A DNA stretch of 64,000 nt from assembly GCA_902774175.1 (NCBI GenBank), contig CACYHG010000025.1, forward strand, positions 1,141-65,140, read 5' to 3'. A program made the position numbers and the translations under genes. Positions 10,067-18,437 of this stretch are shown one piece after another. The notes beneath the pieces were generated by a model, which saw nothing but the letters and a program-made list of their open reading frames with translations, had not been told where the DNA came from and did no database searches. The stretch is from an uncultured Bacteroidota bacterium. Lineage in GTDB: Bacteria > Bacteroidota > Bacteroidia > Bacteroidales > WCHB1-69. Positions within the stretch are counted from its first letter, which is position 1. Each line of letters opens with the position of its first letter.

Positions 10067-10119
10067 GTGCTTTCCACCGCATCGGTCTGGTATTGCTGTA
10101 TTTTGAATTTGAATTTCAT
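10067..10119 (-). pseudogene. Relic of a res 5-prime end (first ~17 codons, MKFKFKIQQYQTDAVES)
   Basis: 49/53 identical to the true res start at 8409-8461, and all 4 mismatches are synonymous third positions. The relic ATG at 10119 lies 2 nt after the stop of the PHP-ATPase gene. The frame closes after 26 codons. Confidence 0.85.
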
Positions 10120-10121
10120 TG

Positions 10122-13121
10122 CTATTGGATATATTTATCATCTCTTTTCCTAAATGCAGGCATTGCTCCCTCTAACACATCTACAATATGCTTATTTGTA
10201 TTTGGATTCTCTATACTGCCAGATTCAACATACACTTTATTACCATCTTTTTTATCTATGCAAACATAGATTATCTGTTCTGCATCTGCCACGACAGCCA
10301 AATTGGGGTTATGTGTGACCATAATTATCTGTCTTTTTTTCTTGGCTTCCTTTATAAAATCAACAAGAATATTGGCCACGCTATCATTGTCCAAGTTGTC
10401 TTCTGGTTGGTCCAAAATAAGTGGAATGTTATCCATATCCAGCAACAAATAAAAGACTAAAAGTAACGCTCCTTTTTCCCCTGGTGATAAAACAGAAAGA
10501 TCTTTATCACCCTGAAGAATTGAATAATTATTGGTCAAATAATCTAGTGAAAACAAGTAGTCGTATAACGATTGCCTATCCTCGACTTGATCTTTAACAT
10601 AAAATGGTCTTTCGTCATCCGTCTTTAGTTTGTTTATAAAAGAATTGCAAAACGCTTCAATTCCATCTTCGTTTTGAATATCACTTTCTTTTATCAATTC
10701 CTGTACCATTGTTAGACCTGTATCTTTTCCTCTAAAGGATCCACTTTTCGACTGATTTACAAATCTTAAAAACTCATCTGGAAAAGTATTCCTTATGCCT
10801 AAAGATGCACCTATTTTTATTTCATAATCCTTCAACAGCGATTTGTTTTCTTCTATTTTAGAGTCCAATTTGCTTTTAACTTGTTGATAAATGGAAATTA
10901 TCTCTTTACGTTTATTATAGATTTCCTTTAAGCATAGATTTCTTTCTTCCGCCTTCTTCTGTAAATCCTCAGATAAAGAATTTTCAACGTATTCCTTCTC
11001 TTTTTTCAACCATTTTAGAGTGTTAGGAGTTGCTTCGTCACCCTCAATTCTTCTTTTGTTTTTTTCGTACTCCTCTTTTTGTTGTAAAAATGATTGATAT
11101 ACCTTACTTGGTCCATCTAGTTTTGCTTGAAGTGAGATTATTTCGTCTTGTTTTTTCTTAATAGCAAAAACCAAATTATCTTCATTTTGTGAATCAGCAA
11201 CAATCAATTTCTCAATTTCACGCAACCTGCCTTCAAACTCCAATTGCTTTTTTTCCAATAAAGAAGTGTCCTTTTTGCCGCTTATTATAGTATTAATATC
11301 ACCTCCCAAACTCTCAACAAACGACTTGTTTTCCTCTTTAAACTCTCTGATGCTTTGAGCAATTCGATTAACCTTTATAATTAAATCATTGATTTTTGAC
11401 AATTGAATTAATAGACCACTCTTTTCATCTGTAAGCTTTTGAATTGAATCATTTAAAGCGACAATCTCTTCTTTAAGCTTTTCAATTTTTAAAACTGTTT
11501 CTTTACTTTGTTCATCATCAGGACTGGGTTTTGGAACTTCTTGAGGAACAATTAGGGCAGCAATTTCTTTTTCTTTTTGCTCGATTGAGGCATCAATGCT
11601 ATTTTTATAAGATGGGTAGTCTTTATCTTCAAGAGCAATTATATCTTTGTTGATAAGCGACAGTTTGCTCTTGAGCTGTTGAATGTCAAGTTCTAATGCA
11701 TCTGATTTTTTTGCAATGAGTTCTTTGAAATTAGCAGTTCCTAAGCGAGAAGACTCATCTATATATTGGAAAACCACAGCTTCTATTTCATCTTTAAGAT
11801 TTTCTTCTTTTTGTAGGTCATTACAAATAGATTCGAAATAGCCTTGCGGCAAATACTTTATTCGTGTGATTTCACTACCATCAAGTTTGTCCGATAATCC
11901 TTTCTTTTCACTTTGTTTATCTTCATATTTTACAGATGCATAAAAGTTACTAGCAAGATTCTTATTCCTAAATTTATCATCATTTAAAAAAGAAAAATAC
12001 TTTTGGTCTTTATAATTGCAACAATGAGCAAGTATATCTGAAATCGCACTTTTCCCATTACCTTTGTTGCCAATAATAGCGACTAACTCTTTGTTAAATG
12101 GTATCTGTATATTCTCAAACCATTTTCCTTTAATTCCAGAATAGCCATCTACAGCATCAATTAAAAGTTCCTTAATGTATTTTGTTCTATTAGCATCAAC
12201 CGTTTTAAAAATCTTTGGTTTTTCGCCTATAAAGACACGATTTTCTGGCTCGATCAATATTTGTTTCAGGCCTTCAAAAGTAGGATCTGCTTTAATCCAA
12301 GTTATTTTATTATTTGGGAAAATGTTTACCGCATCTAATGAATGAGCATCACTACCAATAACACAAGGTTTTAAACTTCCGTATTTTTGTTTTATCGTCT
12401 CTTCATCATCTACTCCTTCTCCTAAAAAATACTGGATATCTTTGTCATTAGCTGAGAATATAATATCGGACATCCTATATATCTCCTGTCGTGTTGCAGC
12501 TAATGAAGAATGTTGAATTCCGCTATTACCGTCTCTATTACTATTGGAAACTGCCGTGACAACATAATTACGAAGACTTGGCTTTTTTAATACTTCATAT
12601 AGTTCATTATGGCTAATATTGAATTGGGCGATACCTTCTTTTTTTGCACAGCCTTCTTCCAAGTGGTCATTATTTCTAAATAATCTTCCTAGTGCAATTA
12701 AATCTTGTTTTAAACAGGAGTACTCATTTCCTGCATATTTGAATTTTAGACACTGAAAGAATTCTCTATTTATTGTCTCAATTGGCAAGTTTGGATTAAA
12801 AAAAACATGAATATTAATTGGTGTGTCTGTTCTTGTTACAGGCAAGATTCTTAATTCTACATTTGGGATTAGTGTTTTGTTAGATAACCGTCCCTCTTCT
12901 TGTTTTTTCTTCAAAAACAGGTAGTTGTCAATTGAAAAATAATCCGTAATGCCTAATACTGAGATTTCTTCATTAGACTCTAATTTACTAATGTATTTCT
13001 CCCATATATCACCACCACTACCAAACTGGTCGTTTTTTGCTGTATCTGGCGTATGCACATGCAAATCCCATTTACGCCATTCCGAACCTCTTGGATATTT
13101 ATTTGTTGCCATAATTGTCAA
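10122..13121 (-). CDS. PHP-domain phosphoesterase fused to an SMC/ABC-type coiled-coil ATPase (Ppl / TrlF-family-like defence ATPase)
   Basis: PHP motifs WDLHVHTP, GITDY, NVELR, NIHVFF, GSDAH. Walker A GNKGNGKS. A coiled-coil region of roughly 450 aa. Signature-like LSPGEKG and Walker B/D-loop PLILDQPEDNLD. The track start at 13121 is TTG; the first ATG is at 13112. The family name comes from memory of the architecture, not from a search. Confidence 0.75.
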   Translation of the reverse strand: MTIMATNKYPRGSEWRKWDLHVHTPDTAKNDQFGSGGDIWEKYISKLESNEEISVLGITDYFSIDNYLFLKKKQEEGRLSNKTLIPNVELRILPVTRTDTPINIHVFFNPNLPIETINREFFQCLKFKYAGNEYSCLKQDLIALGRLFRNNDHLEEGCAKKEGIAQFNISHNELYEVLKKPSLRNYVVTAVSNSNRDGNSGIQHSSLAATRQEIYRMSDIIFSANDKDIQYFLGEGVDDEETIKQKYGSLKPCVIGSDAHSLDAVNIFPNNKITWIKADPTFEGLKQILIEPENRVFIGEKPKIFKTVDANRTKYIKELLIDAVDGYSGIKGKWFENIQIPFNKELVAIIGNKGNGKSAISDILAHCCNYKDQKYFSFLNDDKFRNKNLASNFYASVKYEDKQSEKKGLSDKLDGSEITRIKYLPQGYFESICNDLQKEENLKDEIEAVVFQYIDESSRLGTANFKELIAKKSDALELDIQQLKSKLSLINKDIIALEDKDYPSYKNSIDASIEQKEKEIAALIVPQEVPKPSPDDEQSKETVLKIEKLKEEIVALNDSIQKLTDEKSGLLIQLSKINDLIIKVNRIAQSIREFKEENKSFVESLGGDINTIISGKKDTSLLEKKQLEFEGRLREIEKLIVADSQNEDNLVFAIKKKQDEIISLQAKLDGPSKVYQSFLQQKEEYEKNKRRIEGDEATPNTLKWLKKEKEYVENSLSEDLQKKAEERNLCLKEIYNKRKEIISIYQQVKSKLDSKIEENKSLLKDYEIKIGASLGIRNTFPDEFLRFVNQSKSGSFRGKDTGLTMVQELIKESDIQNEDGIEAFCNSFINKLKTDDERPFYVKDQVEDRQSLYDYLFSLDYLTNNYSILQGDKDLSVLSPGEKGALLLVFYLLLDMDNIPLILDQPEDNLDNDSVANILVDFIKEAKKKRQIIMVTHNPNLAVVADAEQIIYVCIDKKDGNKVYVESGSIENPNTNKHIVDVLEGAMPAFRKRDDKYIQ

Positions 13122-13124
13122 TGT

Positions 13125-15014
13125 TTAAATGATTCTTCTTATCGTCTCTTTCGAATACTCCTCCCAAATCTGCTCAAAGTTGTCCGCCACATTGTCCGTG
13201 GCGAGGCTGCTGTCGCGGAGGACGAAGTAGTAGGGATGCTGGCGGGCGATTTCGGTGATGGCGGTCTCGTTCACGTCCTTATCGAAGCAGGCCATGAGGT
13301 AGTTATCGGCGACGCTCCAGACGGTCTTGCCCGCGATTTCGCGTTTCTCTATCTTGGCCGATAGCTCGATGCCAAGCTCTATCATGGCTTGGAAGAGCAG
13401 GTCCTCGTCGGTGCGGTCGTGCTTGATGTTGTCCTCGAAGAGCAGGTTCTCGTTGAACTGCTCGGGAGAGTAATAGACATCCTGCATGTTGGAGCTGTCG
13501 AGTTTCAGCACGCGGAAACCGATGTCCAAGGGCTTTTTCTCGCCGCTGAACAAATCGGTTTGTTTGGCTTTCTGCTCTTCAACGATTTTCTTTCCCGCGC
13601 GGCGGATGCGTTCCTTGCCGATTTCGCAGATAGTAGAAAATCCTTGGTCTTTCTTTTTCTCGCTGACTTGTTCGGGAAGCTGAACAAGAATAAACTTCAA
13701 ACCTGTTCCTTTTTCGGCATTCCGTTTCATCACGGCATGTGCTGTGGTTGCACTCCCAGAAAAGAAATCAAGGACAATAGAATCATCATACAGGTTTGCA
13801 AGTGTTAGCAACCTTTCCAATAATCGAACTGGTTTCGGCCCATCAAAAACTCCTTTGTCACCAAACAATGACACAACTTCTTGCGCTCCTTCCTGACTAT
13901 GGCCAACTTCTTTGAACAACAAAATAGATGTCGGTGCCATTCCTTCGAATTTCAATTCTGTTAAGAAACGCTTTATTCTGGGTGTGCCATCCCCATTTGG
14001 ACCGAACCAAATTCGGTTGTCCTGGAGTCTCTCTAAAAACGAGTTTTTAGAGAGACTCCAGCAGCGCCCTGCTGGAGGCTCTACTATTTTTCCAGATGGA
14101 GTTGTTATAGGATAATCGCACTCCGCATTGTATGTTTTAACGGAAATATCACTAGACATCCATACTCCACGAGGATCATTGTCTGGATTAGAATACCGAG
14201 CGTTAGCTTCTTCCGTCCTATCAAGTCTTCCAATCACGAACTTGTCTATGTTCTTAACGAACATCATAATATAATCATGACTGTTAGAAATAAATCTCGC
14301 ATCATTTTTCGGAGAAAAAGCGCGTTGCCAAATCAATTCCGCGATAAAGTTCCGCGCACCAAACACCTCGTCACAGACTTTTTTCAGGTTCTCTTGTTCA
14401 TTATCATCAATCGAAATAAAAATCACCCCATCCTCACTCAGCAAGTCCTTGGCCACTTTCAGGCGCGGATAAATCATATTGAGCCAGTCGGTGTGGAAGC
14501 GGCCGTTGCTTTCGGTGTTGGCCACGAGGCGGTTGCCCTCCTCGTCCTCCTGCCCGCTGTTGTGGACATAGTCGCCGGCGGTCTGGGCAAAGTCGTCGTT
14601 ATACACGAAGTCGTTGCCTGTGTTGTAGGGCGGGTCAATGTAAATCATCTTCACCTTGCCGAGGTAGTTCTCGCGCAGCAGCTTCAGCACTTCGAGGTTG
14701 TCGCCCTCGATGTAGAGGTTCTGCGTGTTATCGAAGTCCACGCTTTCCTCGCGGCAGGGGCGCAGCGTGTCGGTGGTCGGCGCGTTGGCATGGCGGATGG
14801 CGTTGCGCTTGTCGGGCCAGGTGAACTGGTAGCGTTCCTCGGGGCCTTCCACGATGTCCTTCGAGAGCTCCTGCCGCAGCTGGTCGAAGTCGATGGCCAT
14901 TTCCGGCTTCCCGTTCTCGTCGAGCCGCTCGGTGAGGCAGTTGGGGAAGAGTTCGGCTATGCGCTTTATGTTTTCGTCCACGATGTTGTGGGTTTGCATG
15001 CGAAGTTTTTCCAT
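13125..15014 (-). CDS. mod: Type III restriction-modification DNA methyltransferase, Mod subunit (beta-class N6A/N4C)
   Basis: Motif IV IYIDPPYNTGN precedes motif I DFFSGSATTAHA, which is the beta-class order with the TRD between them. 629 aa, in the same operon as res. Confidence 0.85.
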   Translation of the reverse strand: MEKLRMQTHNIVDENIKRIAELFPNCLTERLDENGKPEMAIDFDQLRQELSKDIVEGPEERYQFTWPDKRNAIRHANAPTTDTLRPCREESVDFDNTQNLYIEGDNLEVLKLLRENYLGKVKMIYIDPPYNTGNDFVYNDDFAQTAGDYVHNSGQEDEEGNRLVANTESNGRFHTDWLNMIYPRLKVAKDLLSEDGVIFISIDDNEQENLKKVCDEVFGARNFIAELIWQRAFSPKNDARFISNSHDYIMMFVKNIDKFVIGRLDRTEEANARYSNPDNDPRGVWMSSDISVKTYNAECDYPITTPSGKIVEPPAGRCWSLSKNSFLERLQDNRIWFGPNGDGTPRIKRFLTELKFEGMAPTSILLFKEVGHSQEGAQEVVSLFGDKGVFDGPKPVRLLERLLTLANLYDDSIVLDFFSGSATTAHAVMKRNAEKGTGLKFILVQLPEQVSEKKKDQGFSTICEIGKERIRRAGKKIVEEQKAKQTDLFSGEKKPLDIGFRVLKLDSSNMQDVYYSPEQFNENLLFEDNIKHDRTDEDLLFQAMIELGIELSAKIEKREIAGKTVWSVADNYLMACFDKDVNETAITEIARQHPYYFVLRDSSLATDNVADNFEQIWEEYSKETIRRII

Positions 15015-15074
15015 ATTATTTTGCTTTTTATTTACTAATAGCGTAGAATGAATACATACCCATTCTAACTACAA

Positions 15075-15683
15075 TCATTTTTTCTTTTGTTGATTTTGAA
15101 TTTGAATCAGCTTTTCCGTATTGTTCTTGATTTCTAAAGCATTCTTTTCTATCGCATTTGAGTTTTTTTCAATGGAAGGCTTGATATTTTCATCAATTGT
15201 CGTTTGTATTTTTATTATTTCCTTCTGGTTATTATTAGATTTCTGATAAGGCAACACAAAGTATCCAACAATAGCAATTATTGTTGCTATCACGATACCA
15301 ATTATCCACCTTTTATTCTCTTTTTTTTCTTTGTTTTGTTGTTCAATATCTGTTTTAACCTTTTCAATCTTCCCTTCCAATTCTTTCCTCAAACTATCAT
15401 GTGCAGCATCATTTTTTTCAGACAAAGAACTAATTTTATCTTCTAAGCGAAAATATGTATCCCCTATTTGATTAGTAACAGCATTATACTCTGTTTCTTG
15501 GGAACAACTGCTATCTACAGGAGGATAATACCTATTTTTATGTTCCTCATCCGCCCTTGTTTGATAATGATTTGAACTACGGAATCGATTAAGCTTAGAG
15601 AAACTGTGTTTCAAATCATAATCCTCTTGATTTGGAATAATCGGAGGATGTTTTAATGGCTGTTTTTTCTTTTTTCCTCCCAT
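15075..15683 (-). CDS. Hypothetical single-pass membrane protein with flanking coiled coils
   Basis: 202 aa. It has a Lys-rich N-terminus, a coiled coil (LRKELEGKIEKVKTDIEQQNKEKK), a TM helix (WIIGIVIATIIAIVGYFVLPY) and a C-terminal coiled coil. It starts 2 nt after the upstream gene stop and is strongly AT-rich. Confidence 0.6.
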   Translation of the reverse strand: MGGKKKKQPLKHPPIIPNQEDYDLKHSFSKLNRFRSSNHYQTRADEEHKNRYYPPVDSSCSQETEYNAVTNQIGDTYFRLEDKISSLSEKNDAAHDSLRKELEGKIEKVKTDIEQQNKEKKENKRWIIGIVIATIIAIVGYFVLPYQKSNNNQKEIIKIQTTIDENIKPSIEKNSNAIEKNALEIKNNTEKLIQIQNQQKKK

Positions 15684-15685
15684 AA

Positions 15686-16393
15686 TTACAAATCTTTTAG
15701 ATTCTCAAACAATTGCTTTTCAACAGATAATGATAAGATATAGGTGTCTTTGATTAGTGACTTATCGTTAATTGGTTCCTTCTCATTTGTCAAATAATTA
15801 TCTGTATCTATTGCTACTCCAACATGCTTAATTCGATATGGTTCAGCAAAGTTCTGCGCTGTAAATGCATCTTTATCGTATTTAACCGGCCCCACGCTAT
15901 ACATTCCATTCTTATAATTTAATTGAAATAGCAAATCTGTCGCTGGAAAATCCTGAAGATAAAACTGACTTGGGAATCCCTTTTTCATCTTATCAAGGAT
16001 AGTATCAAACTCTGTTGATTTCGTTTTATAAGTTCCTTGGATTCGACATCCAATTCGACGAATGTTGAAACTACACAATTCACGCTCAACACAATCGTAG
16101 ATTTTTAAAAAATTACTGTAAAAACAATCTACTGAATCAATTTTACTACTTATATAACACAACCTGTTTAGTTCTATCATCACAATATCTCTTGCATTCT
16201 CCTTATTTTCTCCATCCCAAATTATAGCATTAGCGACCCCTATTTCCCAATGAAGCGGTACAAAAATTTTTGACGCTTTAATGTTTTCAATAATTGCGCC
16301 TTTTTTGTCAGAGAGTGTCACTTTATGGTCAAATCGCAATTCTATAATAAACTTTCGATTACAAATACTTTTAGAGTCAATATTGTCTTTCAT
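15686..16393 (-). CDS. Hypothetical protein (weak, memory-based resemblance to the TIGR04255 family)
   Basis: 235 aa, no TM segment or signal peptide. FIIELRFD and IRRIGCRIQGTY are reminiscent of the conserved TIGR04255 blocks. AT-rich and tightly coupled to the downstream TM protein. Confidence 0.55.
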   Translation of the reverse strand: MKDNIDSKSICNRKFIIELRFDHKVTLSDKKGAIIENIKASKIFVPLHWEIGVANAIIWDGENKENARDIVMIELNRLCYISSKIDSVDCFYSNFLKIYDCVERELCSFNIRRIGCRIQGTYKTKSTEFDTILDKMKKGFPSQFYLQDFPATDLLFQLNYKNGMYSVGPVKYDKDAFTAQNFAEPYRIKHVGVAIDTDNYLTNEKEPINDKSLIKDTYILSLSVEKQLFENLKDL

Positions 16394-16456
16394 ATAAAAA
16401 TTATTAATTGTTTCTACTATTTTGTTTTAAATTTTACTATAAAAAATGTTTCAGCA

Positions 16457-16507
16457 TTATTTTATATTGACTACAATATTTTGGGGTTGCATGTAAAGTT
16501 TTTCCAT
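16457..16507 (-). pseudogene. Relic of a mod 5-prime end (MEKLYMQPQNIV...)
   Basis: 16471-16507 matches the true mod start at 14978-15014 at 30/37 positions, and 4 of the 7 mismatches fall on codon third positions (the others change the encoded residue). The relic ATG at 16507 lies 4 nt after the RloB stop. The frame closes after 16 codons. Confidence 0.7.
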
Positions 16508-16511
16508 ATAA

Positions 16512-17102
16512 CTATTCATTCAAATTATTATTCAACACATCAATTACCTTATTCACATTAGTATAGGATTCACCATCACCTCCAAAAGCCTCTGCCCTTG
16601 CACAGGCTTCCTCCTGTCGGCCTTCATCCACCATTTCATCCACCCATTTCTCCTGCTGCAAAAATTTCTCAGTCTTATCGTATTGAGGAATGAACTCCTT
16701 TAAGTCCTCAATCAAGGCATGTGACGTGCCAAAGTAGCGGTTTGTGTTCTTATAATGTAACAAAAACCAGTATTCTATCGAAGGCAATGAGTCGCAAAGC
16801 ATCACAGAAGGATGATCCTTGTACTTACGTCGCAAAACATTCAACTTTCTGCGCTCCGATTCATTCCATGTTGACACATCGGCATCAAACACACAAATGG
16901 CAAAGCCATCATTCCGAAGCACTTCCTCAATCCTTTTCGCCATGCCATTGGCCGTTTCCGTTCCAAAAAAGCGCGGACGTATCTTTACACGGTAATCCTT
17001 TAGCGATTTCAAATGCTTGAAATACCACTGCTCAGTAATGCCCGCTCCAATAACAGTCGGAATTGGCACTCTACCTTTTCGAATGGATACCTTTCTTGCC
17101 AT
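16512..17102 (-). CDS. RloB-like (Toprim-like) protein
   Basis: 196 aa. GITEQWYF corresponds to the TE..YF block, and the acidic VFDADVS block fits the RloB family. It starts 5 nt after the ATPase stop. Confidence 0.6.
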   Translation of the reverse strand: MARKVSIRKGRVPIPTVIGAGITEQWYFKHLKSLKDYRVKIRPRFFGTETANGMAKRIEEVLRNDGFAICVFDADVSTWNESERRKLNVLRRKYKDHPSVMLCDSLPSIEYWFLLHYKNTNRYFGTSHALIEDLKEFIPQYDKTEKFLQQEKWVDEMVDEGRQEEACARAEAFGGDGESYTNVNKVIDVLNNNLNE

Positions 17103-17107
17103 AAATC

Positions 17108-18400
17108 CTACTTTTTGATGTTAGGCAAAGCACCAAAAACACCGTTCCTATATGCTTTCTGGAGCGATGATATTCTATACAATCTCTTGTATTCCACCAG
17201 TGAATATAGGTCGGTGTTTCCTGTTTCATCTTTTTCAGTGAACCAAACAGAATCTTTACGGATAAGATCATCTCCAACGGTGTTTAACAAAGGATCGTAA
17301 TGGGTTGTGACCAACAACTGGGCCCTGTTGCGTTGCGACAAAAACTGCTCAATAACAAATTCAACCAAATCAGGATGCAGGGAGGCTTCAATTTCGTCAA
17401 TAAAAAGAAAAGCATTCTTACTGACCGCCTCAAAAATCGCCGCTTCAATACCTATAGTACGTTTCGTTCCATACGACTGGTATTCATCAGGCATAAGATA
17501 GCTTTCATCTCCACGGCTATTATGAACCCTATGGACAAAAGAAGCCTTCACTTGATTAAAAGATTTCTCTTTTTTTAACATCTCTTTTATCTCAGCAGGA
17601 GCATCTTCGTCTTGCAACATCATATTAAGCACCCTTTGAGGTATAGGTTGCTTTACCATATCAGTTTTGACATCGGATATATTGAAATCGGCCTTCTGGA
17701 CAAAATCAAGCAAATACTCCTTGAGAATTTTATTCTCAAGCATTTTTTCACTTGCATATTCAAACATTCTCGTTTGCGGCTGCACCATTGGCAAAATACC
17801 ATTGCGTAACCACTCCCTGGCTGCATCAATCTCCTTCATAGCAACATTCACCTGCTTGCGCGCGGCAAAAAAAGACATATTGGGAAGGCATCTCAATGAA
17901 AGCTCGTCTTTCGCAGCCTGACTGATTTTGACAACAACGGGATTAAAGCTCAATACAGACTCACCGCCATCCCATGTGCGCTCAAACAACTTTGTGGGTT
18001 GGACAGTAGAATAGTAGTATAATCTCTCCAAATGCACCTTTTGCCGATCAAGTTTCAACTCATACCAATACTTGGTTTTACCAACATAAAATTTCAGGCT
18101 GAATTCTGTTGGCTCATTCGGTGTCAACGTGTCTAGCAGGAAAGGTTCCGAACCGGTTTCCTCTTCGATGTCATCCGGTTTATTGAACACAAACTCATGA
18201 AGAAACGTCAAAGCCAAAAGTAAATTTGACTTGCCCGAAGCATTTGCACCATACACCATGGCAAAACGGAGCAACCGAACACCAGGTACCACTTCAACAA
18301 CATAATTTTCCTCAAATGTCTTGTCCTTTGTCGCTTCAAAACTGAGTGTCACCTCTTCTCTGAACGACATAAAGTTTTTAATTTTAAACTCTTGTATCAT
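17108..18400 (-). CDS. ABC-type AAA ATPase (AAA_21-like), partner of the RloB-like protein
   Basis: N-terminus FKIKNFMSF. Walker A GANASGKSN. Walker B/D-loop FLFIDEIEASLHPD. H-loop LLVTTHY. 430 aa. Confidence 0.75.
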   Translation of the reverse strand: MIQEFKIKNFMSFREEVTLSFEATKDKTFEENYVVEVVPGVRLLRFAMVYGANASGKSNLLLALTFLHEFVFNKPDDIEEETGSEPFLLDTLTPNEPTEFSLKFYVGKTKYWYELKLDRQKVHLERLYYYSTVQPTKLFERTWDGGESVLSFNPVVVKISQAAKDELSLRCLPNMSFFAARKQVNVAMKEIDAAREWLRNGILPMVQPQTRMFEYASEKMLENKILKEYLLDFVQKADFNISDVKTDMVKQPIPQRVLNMMLQDEDAPAEIKEMLKKEKSFNQVKASFVHRVHNSRGDESYLMPDEYQSYGTKRTIGIEAAIFEAVSKNAFLFIDEIEASLHPDLVEFVIEQFLSQRNRAQLLVTTHYDPLLNTVGDDLIRKDSVWFTEKDETGNTDLYSLVEYKRLYRISSLQKAYRNGVFGALPNIKK

Positions 18401-18437
18401 TGCAATGTATTCGATTTACCCATATTGTTTTAAAGTG

